A DNA stretch of 64,000 nucleotides, taken from a virus. The DNA lies in the IMG/VR virus record IMGVR_UViG_3300013794_000014, positions 32,001 through 96,000 of that record; one strand, given 5' to 3'. This document shows positions 48,124 to 59,800 of this stretch, in pieces. Numbering within the stretch: position 1 is the first letter of the stretch; each line of letters begins with the position of its first letter. Below the pieces are notes generated by a model that searched no databases, was not told the DNA's origin, and worked only from the letters and a program-made list of their open reading frames with translations. Both the position numbers and the translations under genes were made by a program.

Positions 48124-49947
48124 ATGTTTTCAACCGATACTTTCATTGACATATTGTTTCAACCCTATGACAAAGAAAATGCAAACCTTATTGATGCTAA
48201 CATAACAAAGGAAATACTTGTAACCGGGCATGTTGAAAAAGAACTATTCTTGAAACATTTTTTACCGAAATACTGTGAAAAAGGTGAAGAAGTTGCTAAA
48301 GCACATATTGACGGTTTCATACATCTACATGACTTGAATTATGCATTGACAAGGGCAAATTGTCTTCAACACCCTATCGATTTAGTATTCAAATACGGTT
48401 TAAAAGCACTTTCATGTGTTAGTAATCCAGCAAGACGTCTCGGTTCCGCCCTTAGCCATGCAGTTAACGCCATTGCAATTAGTCAAGGACATTTATGTGG
48501 TGGACAGGCAATCAGTCTGTTTAACGTCTTGTTAGCACCCTATGCACATGGACTATCATACGATGAAATTAAGCAACAAGTTCAAAGTTTCATTTATCAA
48601 TTGAACCAAATTAATCCAAGTAGAGGTTTTCAAAGTGCATTTTCATCCATAAACTGCGAATATCACATACCTAAGTTTATTGCTAACGAAACTATCGAAT
48701 ATGGGCCTCAAAAAGGTAATTGTTTTGGTGACTTTGAAGAAGAAAGCCGACTACTACTAAAAGCCATTATTGAAGTATTACTGGAAAAGGATGCTGAAGG
48801 CAAACCACATTTGTTTCCGAATACAATAACGGTTATTAGGGATAATGTAGATCCAGACGATGAACTATTACAACTTGTCATACGTTGTAACTTAGAAACC
48901 AATAACACATATTACCTAAATATGGTTCAGTATGGTAAGAATTTAGCAAATGCTATGGGTTGTAGAACTTGGCTTGATGATACGTTTACCGGTAACTATC
49001 TATTAGATTCAATGGGTTGTGGAAACTTCGAATATGGTACAATAAACCTACCAAGAGTAGCACTATTACATTTGCAAACAGGTAAACCTATTGAAGAACT
49101 ACTTAGAGAAGCTGTAGAACTGATTTTCAGAGGTTTACTTGTAAGACGTCAAATCATTTGGAGCCGCTTTCTATCTAACGAATATCCATTTTATACTGCT
49201 TACTATGAAGAAAGTCGTGGTTATTACTATAACATCCCATACACTACAATGTCCATTGGTTTTGTCGGTATGTATGAATTCCTGAAAATCTTACAATGGG
49301 ATACAAAAGAACGTATCAAAGTCTATGAAGTGTTAACACAAACGCTTAATGAACTAAAACAGAAAACATATGAAGAAATTGCCGAAGAATTGGGTGTACA
49401 GTACAAATCACCAGTAGAAGAATACACAAGAACAAGTTTGATAGCAACTCCAGCTGAAGGTTGTGCACACCGCCTAAGAATGAAAGACAATGAAATATTT
49501 GGACGTAAAATGTTAACACGCTTAGTTGGTAACGATTATCCATACTATGTAAACAGTGATCATTGGCCTGAATGGATACAAACTCACGTCATGAAGAAAA
49601 TCAAGTATGAAGAACTTGGACATATGTATTGCAATGGTGGTAACATATCACATTTATGGCTTACTGATTCGGTTGATACTATTGACTATAATCATTTGGC
49701 AAAATTTGTCATTAGTACATGTCATAAGACAAAACTAAGATACTTTTCATTTAATCCAGTAATTGTCTATTGTAAAGAATGTAAGAAAACGTATATTGGT
49801 AGTCAATACGAAGTTAACTGTAAATTCTGTGGCCAACCTGATATAACGTTTTATTCAAAAGTAACTGGATATGTCAGTGAAACGAAGCGTTGGAATCCTG
49901 GAAAGAAAGCCGAACTAAAGAATCGTAGAAGTGTACTACTTGACTAA
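48124..49947 (+). CDS. nrdD: Anaerobic (class III) ribonucleoside-triphosphate reductase
   Basis: IHLHDL, GGQA, LFPN, MGCRT, TINLPR, SIGFVG, TPAEG, GGNISH, CxxC..CxxCG, KVTGY glycyl-radical loop; no ATP cone. Confidence 0.93.
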   Translation: MFSTDTFIDILFQPYDKENANLIDANITKEILVTGHVEKELFLKHFLPKYCEKGEEVAKAHIDGFIHLHDLNYALTRANCLQHPIDLVFKYGLKALSCVSNPARRLGSALSHAVNAIAISQGHLCGGQAISLFNVLLAPYAHGLSYDEIKQQVQSFIYQLNQINPSRGFQSAFSSINCEYHIPKFIANETIEYGPQKGNCFGDFEEESRLLLKAIIEVLLEKDAEGKPHLFPNTITVIRDNVDPDDELLQLVIRCNLETNNTYYLNMVQYGKNLANAMGCRTWLDDTFTGNYLLDSMGCGNFEYGTINLPRVALLHLQTGKPIEELLREAVELIFRGLLVRRQIIWSRFLSNEYPFYTAYYEESRGYYYNIPYTTMSIGFVGMYEFLKILQWDTKERIKVYEVLTQTLNELKQKTYEEIAEELGVQYKSPVEEYTRTSLIATPAEGCAHRLRMKDNEIFGRKMLTRLVGNDYPYYVNSDHWPEWIQTHVMKKIKYEELGHMYCNGGNISHLWLTDSVDTIDYNHLAKFVISTCHKTKLRYFSFNPVIVYCKECKKTYIGSQYEVNCKFCGQPDITFYSKVTGYVSETKRWNPGKKAELKNRRSVLLD

Positions 49948-49956
49948 GGTGTTACA

Positions 49957-50535
49957 ATGTCTATAATGTCCATAGTGTCCACAACGTCTACATTGTCTAA
50001 GTGGTTAATGGAGCCGAATTTACGCTTCAATTTTCCACATAACCACATTTCTTTTGTACTATATTATCCTAAATGTAATTGTAACTGTTTTTACTGTAAC
50101 TTAAAAAAAGTTTTTATTGGTTGTATACCATTTGACTGGAACAGTCTGGAGCTATCATTACCTTTCATTGATTGTATAGTTGTTAGTGGTGGAGAACCAT
50201 TATTGGCATTTCACGACATATTGACATTCCAAGAATTTGCAAGACAACATGACTTATGGTTCTATGTCTATACAAACGGTTTCAATGCTTCCAAAATAAG
50301 CCAATTACTTGATAACTATGAAAAAACGATAATTGTCATTGATGTAAAAGGGAGTACAATTGAACAAATTAATGAAACAACAAGATCAAATCTAGGTGAA
50401 CAGATAATACAAACATATAAAGCATTTTGTAATCACGATAGAGTTGTATTCAGAGTCAACGAATACGTAAATGAATATGTAAAACCTTTAGATTTCAAAA
50501 ATGTAGAAAAGTACAAAATAGTAGAGGTGAGGTGA
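49957..50535 (+). CDS. nrdG: Radical SAM activase for NrdD
   Basis: CNCNCFYCN, SGGEPL, YTNG, DVKG; adjacent to nrdD. Confidence 0.82.
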   Translation: MSIMSIVSTTSTLSKWLMEPNLRFNFPHNHISFVLYYPKCNCNCFYCNLKKVFIGCIPFDWNSLELSLPFIDCIVVSGGEPLLAFHDILTFQEFARQHDLWFYVYTNGFNASKISQLLDNYEKTIIVIDVKGSTIEQINETTRSNLGEQIIQTYKAFCNHDRVVFRVNEYVNEYVKPLDFKNVEKYKIVEVR

Positions 50536-50539
50536 AATA

Positions 50540-51268
50540 ATGCCATATTTGTTAGCCGATACACACGTTGAAACCAATGAACAATATCAAATACTTGTCA
50601 ATTGGATACATAGGTTAGCAGAAGATGATGACGTCATATTACTTGGCGACATAATGGATTTTACCAAAATACCTTACATGAAACTTGAATATATGGTTAA
50701 TGATTTTGATCATCCGCATATCTATTACGTCTATGGTAACCACGACATTATTGCAAAAGAACTTGGTTTCAAATGTTATGGTAGACTAAAATATGATGGC
50801 ATACTTTTTGAACATGGACATAGATTTGAGGCGTTATTGAGATCAACTGGATTCACAACACCAAATGAATACAATGAACTCTATGAACGTCTCTGCTATG
50901 AACTAAACACTATTGGTATCTTGACTAAAATCAGTTGGCATATTTGGAACTTTATTACACATTGGAAGCGTAACTTACATAAAGCAGAAATGTCCAAAGA
51001 ATTATTTGAGTTAACAACTAAAATTGGAAATGTTGTCTTAGGACATACTCATTATGAAATGTATTCAAAGACAAGAAGGGTGTTGTTCTGTGATGATGCA
51101 AGAATCCCAGATTTACCAATTTCTGGAAGAACAACTTCAAAGAATAAACCAGTGGGGTATTTCTTACGAACGGATACCTTTGACGTGGAAAGATTTGAAC
51201 TCAATCCCAGAGCAGATATACGTCCTGCACTTAACGCCAAAAGAAATTGTCTATACAACCGATCCTAA
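50540..51268 (+). CDS. Calcineurin-like metallophosphoesterase
   Basis: ADTH, LGDIMD, GNHD, EHGH, GHTH. Confidence 0.88.
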   Translation: MPYLLADTHVETNEQYQILVNWIHRLAEDDDVILLGDIMDFTKIPYMKLEYMVNDFDHPHIYYVYGNHDIIAKELGFKCYGRLKYDGILFEHGHRFEALLRSTGFTTPNEYNELYERLCYELNTIGILTKISWHIWNFITHWKRNLHKAEMSKELFELTTKIGNVVLGHTHYEMYSKTRRVLFCDDARIPDLPISGRTTSKNKPVGYFLRTDTFDVERFELNPRADIRPALNAKRNCLYNRS

Positions 51269-51710
51269 TTTGAAAAAACTATATAATGCTACAGTAACGA
51301 AAACTGAAGATGAAATCACTGTAAACATAATATGGCTTAAATGCTTATATATTGATGACGTCAAAGTATGGTCAAATATCGTGTTCGCTTACAAGTGTTT
51401 AAAGTTTAATTCTAATTGGGCACAAAAAACCAATTTACTTGTCGACTCAATGTTATTGACAATAACATGTACTAAAAACAATGAAGTTACAATTGAACCA
51501 CACGTAATGAATGTAGTAAAACCGCGACTTTCTAAAAGACCGACGAGTAAACTAATGATAAAAGAAGTATCAAAGATCTATAAGCAACTGAAACGGTTAC
51601 AAAATGAAATAGCTGAAAGAGGAGAGGTATTTGTAACGTCTTGGGGTATTCCATTGAACGAAACCGAATTAACTGAAATAATGCGGTTATTGGAGAAAGT
51701 AAAAAGGTGA
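51054..51710 (+). CDS. Hypothetical protein (true start probably downstream)
   Basis: Fills the gap before rfc; the long overlap with the phosphoesterase makes the listed start doubtful. Confidence 0.5.
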   Translation: MKCIQRQEGCCSVMMQESQIYQFLEEQLQRINQWGISYERIPLTWKDLNSIPEQIYVLHLTPKEIVYTTDPNLKKLYNATVTKTEDEITVNIIWLKCLYIDDVKVWSNIVFAYKCLKFNSNWAQKTNLLVDSMLLTITCTKNNEVTIEPHVMNVVKPRLSKRPTSKLMIKEVSKIYKQLKRLQNEIAERGEVFVTSWGIPLNETELTEIMRLLEKVKR

Positions 51711-51716
51711 TAGTTG

Positions 51717-52724
51717 ATGTCTAATCTGTTAACTAAGTATAAACCTAAAACGTTAGATGAATTACCGTTACCAGATAATACTATAAGAACGTTGAAAAAT
51801 ATATTGGAGTTCAAAGGTGGAGTTTACATATTTCATTCACCGCCAGGTACAGGTAAATCAACTGCATGTGACATTATTAGAAAAGAAGCGATCAAGAAAC
51901 TAGGATCAGCAAACATATTGTTAATAAACGGTTCAATGGAAAATACTGTAGACGTAATTGTAAACAAAATACAGCCGTTTGTAAGTAAAGCCCCAAGGCG
52001 TCTTGTAATCATTGAAGAAGCCGACAAAATGACTAAAGAAACTGGTAAAGGTAAAGGAGCACAAGAAGCATTGAAAGATTTGACAACTAGAACAATACAT
52101 AAAGTAACATGGATTTTTGTCACTAACCATTTAGAAGACATTATATTGCCTTTACGTGATAGAGCAATTATCATTGAATTTAAACCTGATGAATTCAAAA
52201 TATTAGAGATCTTAAAGCGTATAAACGCAAAAGAACACTTAGGCTATTCTATTGAAAAACTGAAATCTATAGTTAAAACAACATATCCGTCGATCCGAAA
52301 TGCAATATTGAAACTGGAAGGCGTTGAAATTCGACAGTTCGATGAAGCCCAATTAATGAAGGACTTAAAACGCCTCGTTGAAGACAGTATACATCCCAAA
52401 GTATTCTGTGAAAAATATAAAAGCGTCAATATACGAACAATTATTCATTATTTGACCGATATTGGATATCAGTACTTCGATCCTGACATTTATACACGCC
52501 TCTTACTTATATCAAGTTTTATCAGTGATATAAAAGATGAACAATTGGCATATGTAACATTTGCATATTTAGTCAATCAGATGAATAAAGAACATTGGCA
52601 ACTAATTATCGATGAAATTTGTGCTACGACTATATCGATTAAGTCAATATCAGCACGATTTTACCAGAAATTACAGGAATTTAACTCAAAGAAAAATAAA
52701 GTGAAAAAACCGAAAGGTGATTAA
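51717..52724 (+). CDS. rfc: Clamp loader, RFC small-subunit-like
   Basis: KYKPKTLDE, SPPGTGKST, INGS, IIEEADKMT, AQEALK, PLRDRA. Confidence 0.88.
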   Translation: MSNLLTKYKPKTLDELPLPDNTIRTLKNILEFKGGVYIFHSPPGTGKSTACDIIRKEAIKKLGSANILLINGSMENTVDVIVNKIQPFVSKAPRRLVIIEEADKMTKETGKGKGAQEALKDLTTRTIHKVTWIFVTNHLEDIILPLRDRAIIIEFKPDEFKILEILKRINAKEHLGYSIEKLKSIVKTTYPSIRNAILKLEGVEIRQFDEAQLMKDLKRLVEDSIHPKVFCEKYKSVNIRTIIHYLTDIGYQYFDPDIYTRLLLISSFISDIKDEQLAYVTFAYLVNQMNKEHWQLIIDEICATTISIKSISARFYQKLQEFNSKKNKVKKPKGD

Positions 52725-54186
52725 ATTGATTTCATTCCCATCAAAGTTCCGGGATTTAGTGCGTTTTCCTCTAGATATTTTAGACACATTCAAAAGTTAT
52801 TTTGCAACCCTCAGACATTATCCGTTAATTCAAAAATTAGTACCTAAATCAGAAAAACAGTTTAAAAACCGTTATTACGAAATGAGTTACTATATTGATC
52901 ATGATCCAGCTGTGTACGGTTCTTTGAAGTTCATAGCACTAACTGTTTCTGATGCGTATAAGCCACTGGGACATGAAATACAGAAAGAAGTCAGAGACAT
53001 TGTATTCAACCTAATGGCTTTTGGTGATGTCATCGTTTCAAACAAGGGAACTATGTTACCATTATTCGAACTCTCTATCGTTGATGATAAAAAAAGAATA
53101 GGTAATTTTAACCCAGATCCAGTTATAACCGATGCCAAATATTACATTCTCAATGAAATGGAAGGAAATAAACGAAAAGTATATACAGACAATGACGTTA
53201 TTCATCTGTCGTTATTTCCACAAGGTCATATGATCAAAGACATTTACGAGAGATGGACTTATGGCATCTATGGACGTGCACCAATGTTATCTCTACTGAA
53301 GTTATTGGCGTGGAAAGATAAACTAATTGATGACGACATAATGATCAAGGATCGTATGATACCAAGAGAAGTTCATAAGTTAAAAATTGATATACCACGA
53401 ACGTTGTTAGCTAATAGACAAGCAAATAAACAATCACATCAAGAATTATTGGACATATATGATCAGTATGTGAAATCATTGCTTGATCAATATAGAAGTG
53501 CAATATCACAGACGGAACCAGGAGAGCACTATGTTATTACAGAAGATGTTGAAATTGACATTTTAGAACCGAAAATCAATTATTCAACACCTAACGACTT
53601 ATTGGATCAATTGACACAGTATATCATAGGAGTATTCAATGTACCGTTATCAGCCGTACTAGGAATATCGAAGTCTTCGTATGCAGCAGAATTAGCAGTA
53701 GCATCATATTATACAGTACAAGCAAATGCTTTAGTTGGCTTAGTCAATGAATACCTAAAAGTCAGATATCCAAATTTAGAAGAACGTCTTGATAGCGTCA
53801 ATGTTGTCCTAGACATATGGAAAGATAGTATTTATAAGCGTGTAGTACTCCTTACTCAAGCGGGTGTAATCACAAGAAATGAAGCAAGAGAAATGATCGG
53901 CTTAGAACCAATTGAAGGTTTAGATGACTTAATCATAATTGAACAAATTGATGGTAGAAAGATTGCTGCAATTGGACGTGAAGGAACTGTAAAACAGGAA
54001 CCTGGAACACCTTTAGCAACTGAAAAACGTGATGAAAAAGACGAGTACAATAGACTTGAAACAAACAGAATTCAAAGGTTATTGAAGAAAGGAGGTGGAC
54101 AAAATGAAACAAATAAAACAGGTGAAACAAACGAAACAAACGAAACAAATGAAACAAACGGTAACGGCAGTATTTCCAAAAGGTAA
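52717..54186 (+). CDS. Portal protein
   Basis: DPAVYGSL, VIHL...IYGRAPM, VFNVPLSAVLG, GVITRNEAREMIGLEPIEG portal motifs. Confidence 0.8.
   Translation: MIKLISFPSKFRDLVRFPLDILDTFKSYFATLRHYPLIQKLVPKSEKQFKNRYYEMSYYIDHDPAVYGSLKFIALTVSDAYKPLGHEIQKEVRDIVFNLMAFGDVIVSNKGTMLPLFELSIVDDKKRIGNFNPDPVITDAKYYILNEMEGNKRKVYTDNDVIHLSLFPQGHMIKDIYERWTYGIYGRAPMLSLLKLLAWKDKLIDDDIMIKDRMIPREVHKLKIDIPRTLLANRQANKQSHQELLDIYDQYVKSLLDQYRSAISQTEPGEHYVITEDVEIDILEPKINYSTPNDLLDQLTQYIIGVFNVPLSAVLGISKSSYAAELAVASYYTVQANALVGLVNEYLKVRYPNLEERLDSVNVVLDIWKDSIYKRVVLLTQAGVITRNEAREMIGLEPIEGLDDLIIIEQIDGRKIAAIGREGTVKQEPGTPLATEKRDEKDEYNRLETNRIQRLLKKGGGQNETNKTGETNETNETNETNGNGSISKR
54104..54162 (+). repeat. 9-nt tandem repeat (GAAACAAAY) within the portal/polB overlap
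   Basis: Reads ETN repeats in the portal frame and KQT/KQM repeats in the PolB frame. Confidence 0.8.
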
Positions 54187-56848
54187 GGATCTTTATTTGA
54201 CGTTTAGGCGTGAAGATGGTTCTGTCTACAACATTTTGTATCAAAACTTTAAACCATATTTTTATGCAACTGATGATAATCTAGGGCCCATTGCCAAAAA
54301 GTCTGTACTTATGTATATTGAAGCAGATCATCCAGGAAAAGTACCAGAAATGAAAGAACAATTTAAGTGTGCCTATGAAGCAAATGTTCCCTATGATATG
54401 CGTTTCTTAATTGATAAAGGAGATTTCCTCATTGAGCCGTCTATAAAATGGAACGTTACATGGATTGACATTGAAGCACGTATTGAAGGAAAGTCAATTG
54501 AGGAAATCAGAACAGGACAAACCGATATTACTGTAATAACAAAACTTGATTCTTTGTTTAATCGTCTAGTTTGTTTTACAACCGTTGAACACGATAAGGA
54601 ACAACTTGAAAAATACTTGAAATATACTGTTAATCTTGCAATAGCTAAATCTATGATTAAAAAACTATCGAATGATACACATAAGGCGGTTAATGGATTA
54701 TCATTAGAAGATGTTGATACACTTGAAAACGACAACGACATTATTGAGTTTGTCAAAAATTACTGTGGAATAGATGATGACACTAAGGTGCAAAGTGCAT
54801 TACAATCTGCCAAAGAACTATTGAAACCAATACTCAATTTACAGATTGATATAAGGGTGTATGATAACGAAAAAGAAATGTTACAAGCGTTTTCTGAAGA
54901 CTTAATCAAATATCAACCAGACATATTGACAGGATGGAATGTACATTTTGACTATGGCGTCATTTATTATCGAATGAAACATTACAATATGCTTAGACGT
55001 CTATGTCCAGAGTTTCGAGGACAATATGATGGAAAAGTCTATAAACCGGCACCTAAAATCAATGAGGTACAATTATCGGGCGGTAAAACGGTATATAGAT
55101 ACCATACCCCTGGATACTACGTAATTGACTATTTAGAAGTTTATCAGAAACGTAGATTCAAAGTTGAAAAGTCGTATACGTTGGACTACATAACAAGAGC
55201 ATGGGATATTGAAATACCAAAGTTTAGACATGGTTACAGTAACCTAGATGAGTTGTTAGCAAATGATCCAACTTTATATGTCTACTACAATATAATTGAC
55301 GTATTATCTTTGTACTTACTTGAACATAAAACCAATTATATGGATATTACAATAAGCGTCTGTAATTTCACTAAATGTCCAATGTCATATTGTACATCAC
55401 AAAGAATGTTAGTTGATGCTGCATTAATTGGATGGCTAAATAAACGTGGTTTAGTACGAATAACAAAGAAACAGAGACAAGATGTCAACTATGAAGGTGC
55501 TTATGTATATGCCGATACTGGATTTCATAAGGGTTGGATTGCTGATGCTGATTTCACATCACTGTATCCATCCATTATTCGTACTTGTAACATATCACCA
55601 GAAACATATGTTGGAACACTTGAACAATTGAATATAGACAAACAACACGCCTTACAGAAATACATAGTGTGTCCAAATGATGCATGTTTCAAGAAGAAAT
55701 CACAACAACCAGGAATACTACCAACTATACTTGATGAATTGTTTACAAACAGAAAGAAAGCAAAGAAACAAGCAAAAGAATATTTGAACAAATACAAAGA
55801 AACAGGAGACATCAAGTATTATGAGTTATTCAAACAGTATGACAACTTACAGTTTACATTGAAAATTCTATTGAATTCCTTCTATGGTGTATTTGGTGAT
55901 GCTGGATATGACTTATGTACACCAGAAATAGCAGGAGCAATTACAGCTACAGGTAGATTCCTTATCAAATTTGCAAAACGTAAGTTGGAAGAAAAGGGTT
56001 TCAAGGTCATTTACATTGATACAGATTCCAACTATGTGATGTTAAGACCAGTACAAGGACAAACTATTGAAGAACAAATTTGTGGACAAATCGAAGAACA
56101 GATTTGTAAATGCATTGAACAAATATTGGAAATCTATGAGTACATTAATAGTCAGTGGGACGAACTAGTGAAAAAAGAACTAGGTGTTGATACTGAACAT
56201 TATTTCGAAATGAAAAGTGAACTATTAGCAAAAAACATGATTGTCAGTAAGAAGAAACGTTATGCAATTGCTTTAGTACTATCTGAAGCACAATTAGACG
56301 TTCTTAAGGAACTTTATCCTGATAAAGACAAGATGATTGAGTATTTGAAGTCAATATCGTTAGAACCATCTATTGAGGTTAAAGGACTTGAAGTTGTTAG
56401 ATCAGATGTTTCAGATATTGTAGTCGAAGAAATGCAAAAAATGCTTGAAGACTTATTACTTGAAAGAAAAACCCCAAGTCAATTGAGAAGAGAAATCCAA
56501 GAACTATTTGTCAAAATAAGACGTTTAGCATCAAAAGATTTGAACAAAATTGCAATACCTGTAAGATTGAACTCATGGGTTGATAAGAACGGTAAACCAA
56601 TAACAAACGCTAAAGCGTTAGCAATCAAAGAGTACAATGAAAAACATCCAGATAACCCAATTATTCTAGGTGAAAAATGTCTTATGGTTTATACGAAAGA
56701 TACAATAGGTGCTAAAGTCTGGAAAATAGGTGAAAAACCAACTGTTAAACCTTATGAGATTGATTGGAAGAAAATGTTTAAGGCGTTACTGGAAAAGAAA
56801 GCAGAAGTTTGGTATGATTTACTTTCCATTTCTAAGAATCAAAACTAA
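54104..56848 (+). CDS. polB: Family B DNA polymerase
   Basis: DIE (ExoI), GWNVHFD (ExoII), YNIID (ExoIII), DFTSLYPSII, KILLNSFYG, YIDTDS, KKRY, KGLE; GGAGGTGG SD before ATG 54104. Confidence 0.96.
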   Translation: MKQIKQVKQTKQTKQMKQTVTAVFPKGKDLYLTFRREDGSVYNILYQNFKPYFYATDDNLGPIAKKSVLMYIEADHPGKVPEMKEQFKCAYEANVPYDMRFLIDKGDFLIEPSIKWNVTWIDIEARIEGKSIEEIRTGQTDITVITKLDSLFNRLVCFTTVEHDKEQLEKYLKYTVNLAIAKSMIKKLSNDTHKAVNGLSLEDVDTLENDNDIIEFVKNYCGIDDDTKVQSALQSAKELLKPILNLQIDIRVYDNEKEMLQAFSEDLIKYQPDILTGWNVHFDYGVIYYRMKHYNMLRRLCPEFRGQYDGKVYKPAPKINEVQLSGGKTVYRYHTPGYYVIDYLEVYQKRRFKVEKSYTLDYITRAWDIEIPKFRHGYSNLDELLANDPTLYVYYNIIDVLSLYLLEHKTNYMDITISVCNFTKCPMSYCTSQRMLVDAALIGWLNKRGLVRITKKQRQDVNYEGAYVYADTGFHKGWIADADFTSLYPSIIRTCNISPETYVGTLEQLNIDKQHALQKYIVCPNDACFKKKSQQPGILPTILDELFTNRKKAKKQAKEYLNKYKETGDIKYYELFKQYDNLQFTLKILLNSFYGVFGDAGYDLCTPEIAGAITATGRFLIKFAKRKLEEKGFKVIYIDTDSNYVMLRPVQGQTIEEQICGQIEEQICKCIEQILEIYEYINSQWDELVKKELGVDTEHYFEMKSELLAKNMIVSKKKRYAIALVLSEAQLDVLKELYPDKDKMIEYLKSISLEPSIEVKGLEVVRSDVSDIVVEEMQKMLEDLLLERKTPSQLRREIQELFVKIRRLASKDLNKIAIPVRLNSWVDKNGKPITNAKALAIKEYNEKHPDNPIILGEKCLMVYTKDTIGAKVWKIGEKPTVKPYEIDWKKMFKALLEKKAEVWYDLLSISKNQN

Positions 56849-56858
56849 AGTAAATTAA

Positions 56859-59800
56859 TTAAATCTGCCATATGTATGGTTGTACAGATGAAATCTGTGA
56901 AACTACGTTTGAAACAATTGAACTTACTGATGAAATAATATTCATCTGTTGAGTATTGAGCGCTGTCAAAGTAGTGGACGTGTGCATTGCCATCGTTTGT
57001 TTCAAATTATTCTCTAAACTTTGAAATCCCTGTGTAATTGAATTGGTTAATGCATTGAGACTACTTTCAAGTTTTGTTGCCAACGTATTTATCGAATCTG
57101 ATATTAACTGTCCTACAGCCTTAATAGCCTGTATCTGTTTATTCATTTGTCGTATAATAGATATCGTTGAATTTTGTATTTTCGTTACAATTGCACCCGC
57201 TGTTGAAGTGATTTCGTTTTTGATTTCAACCAATTTCTGTCCTAAGGTTGTTGTATTTTGACTTATAGCATTAGTTATCTGTACTGTATTTTCACTTAGT
57301 TTTGTAATTACTGATTCGGATTTTTGCCTTAATACATTGTATATTTGTGATAACAACTGAGTGGTTGGCTGTTTCTTCTGCTCATATTTCTGTTTATCTT
57401 GTTGTTGAGTTTGTTGTACATTATCTTGTGTTGTAGTTTGTGACTTGTCCTTATTCTGTAATTCTGTTTTAATTACATTTATGTCTACTACCATTTTCTT
57501 ATATTCCTCTAAGTAGTTAGTTTCTATTTCCTCTAGTTTTGTAATTAGTTTATCTTCAGTTTCAGATTGTTGTACTAATCCAGATAACAAGTTTGCAAGA
57601 AGCTCAATTAATACACCACCACCACCAAAAATCGGTTGTGATATAATTGATGATGATTCTTCTTCAGTTTCTGTCACATTCGTTGGTATACTTTGTTCCG
57701 ATGTACTTTGTTCTATTGCCTGTATATCCTTATAATACCGATAAGTGTCCCAACCAAGTAATGCTGCATCAATTGCAACTGAAGCTGCAGTACCAACAAC
57801 CGGTACATTAGCAACAATTCCAGAGGCTAGTTCACCAAGTGCACCTATCCAATCTCCTTCTTGCCATCTCTGATATGCAAAAATACCACTCGTTACTGTA
57901 CTAACAATTGGTATTTTCTTGAGTATACTCTTACCAGCAGCTTTTGCCGCTTGTTTTGCAGCCTGTTTTGTTGTAACGTGTGAATAAATACTTGTTCCAA
58001 GTGAAATTATATCTGATATTATATTGCCCTGGTGATATTCGTGTAGTTCCTGTACATCTTGCGGTGTTACAGCTACAGTTTCGTCTGTTGGAGATGATGG
58101 TTGTGACGTTGGATCAAATTCTAATCCTAATGATGGTGCCACAGGAATAAGTACTGGTGCTACTATCTTACCATAACGTGTCTTAAGTAATGTTCTAAAC
58201 CACCTGTTATCTGTAAGTGATCCTGCTGCTTTTGTAATAGATTCTGGTACCTGAATTTTAGGAAGTCGTATGTCTTCAAGGAAACTTTTCACCTTCCCTA
58301 TAATTCCTTTACCTTTACCTTTCTTCTTACCGCCACCTTTACCCTTACCTTTTCCTTCATCGTCATCATCCTCATCGCCCCAACCAAAGATTTTACCTAA
58401 TGCCCACTCAGCTGTTGGTTCAAGGGCCGCATAAAGCCCGTAGAGTATTCCAGATTGCCAATCACCCGATGCAAACGAATACAACGATGTAGCTGCTGCT
58501 CCAAGAGCTGATAATTTAGCACTTGTTGAAAAGAACTTTTTAAGTGCTTTTTTAATACTACCTGTTTTCTTATATTCGGTATATGCAGCTTTACCACCAC
58601 CAATTGTAGAAACAATACCAGTAGCCTGAGCTACCCTATTTATATTCTGTGAAGTTTCCATTTTACGTTTATTTTCTTTTATACGATTAACTATTTCTTC
58701 TGTGTTATCTACATTCCATTCATCTTGCCAATGTTCCACGTATGATTCAAATGTTTGTGTATCAACCACTCTAATGTTACCACTTTCATCAGCATATACA
58801 ATTATGTTCTCTTTCTTGTAAGCTGGTTCTCCCCATGGTGTTACAATTTTTTCTGCACCTGCTGTTACATTAGCTAAAAACGTATATGGATCAGCACCAA
58901 TTTGTTCAGCATATGTGTAAATGTCCATCCCTAAATCGCTTGGTAACAAGTAATCGTATTTAACCTTAGGTGTTTCAGCAAATGGTGATACAGCTGTACC
59001 TGCTATTGCACCAACAATTGCATTGACTATTGCAGACTTAATACCCTTTCCGATACCATATTGGAACCCTATTGCTGCAGCATTAATTGTCGGCCCTAAA
59101 TTAATACCTGTATCTTCATAAACTTCCTTAATCCACTGGTCAAGTGAATGTTGAATCTTATCGCCAAACAACGAGTTGAGTATTAGTTGTATTAGATTAC
59201 CTTGCGGTGTGTAACCCAATGTTGATTCTACAGCATGTCCATATAAACCTAAGCGTGTATATTCGTTAAACCTGACAAAGTCACTTAAACTTAAAGTAGC
59301 CTGTCCATATTTGAATAGATATCTAAATGGTGCTGAATCGGCAATTTTTCCTAATTGTGGTATATACTTACTTAGATCGTTTAATACTGTTCCAAAGGCC
59401 GTTGGAACCGTTACCATGTAGTCTAATGTATTTAAGGATTGTTCCCAACCAAACTTTGGCATGTTATATCCGAATATTGGTTGCTCAGGAAGTGGCCTCC
59501 AACCAATTGTATGTCCTAATATCTCGTTGATAGTAACCATCCATGCAGTTCCTCTATACATATGTGGAGCATACTTACGTAATATCGGGAATTTCTCATA
59601 AAATGACTCTTCTAACATGTTTTCGTATGCAACTATTCTTACAAATGTTCTACCGGGATAAAATGGTTTATTCATAGATGCATCAACTTGTTTCCGATAT
59701 CGTTCTATGAGTTCATTGTTATCAGTAGTGAGCGGTAAACCAAATCTTTCAACTCCAACTGTATCTGAGGTACCAAACATTGTACGCATTTCATATTCAA

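Noticed and set aside
48124-56848. Inteins or introns in nrdD, rfc or polB
   Set aside because: Lengths are ordinary, catalytic motifs are contiguous, and no intein C/S...HN-C/S/T boundaries or LAGLIDADG motifs were seen.
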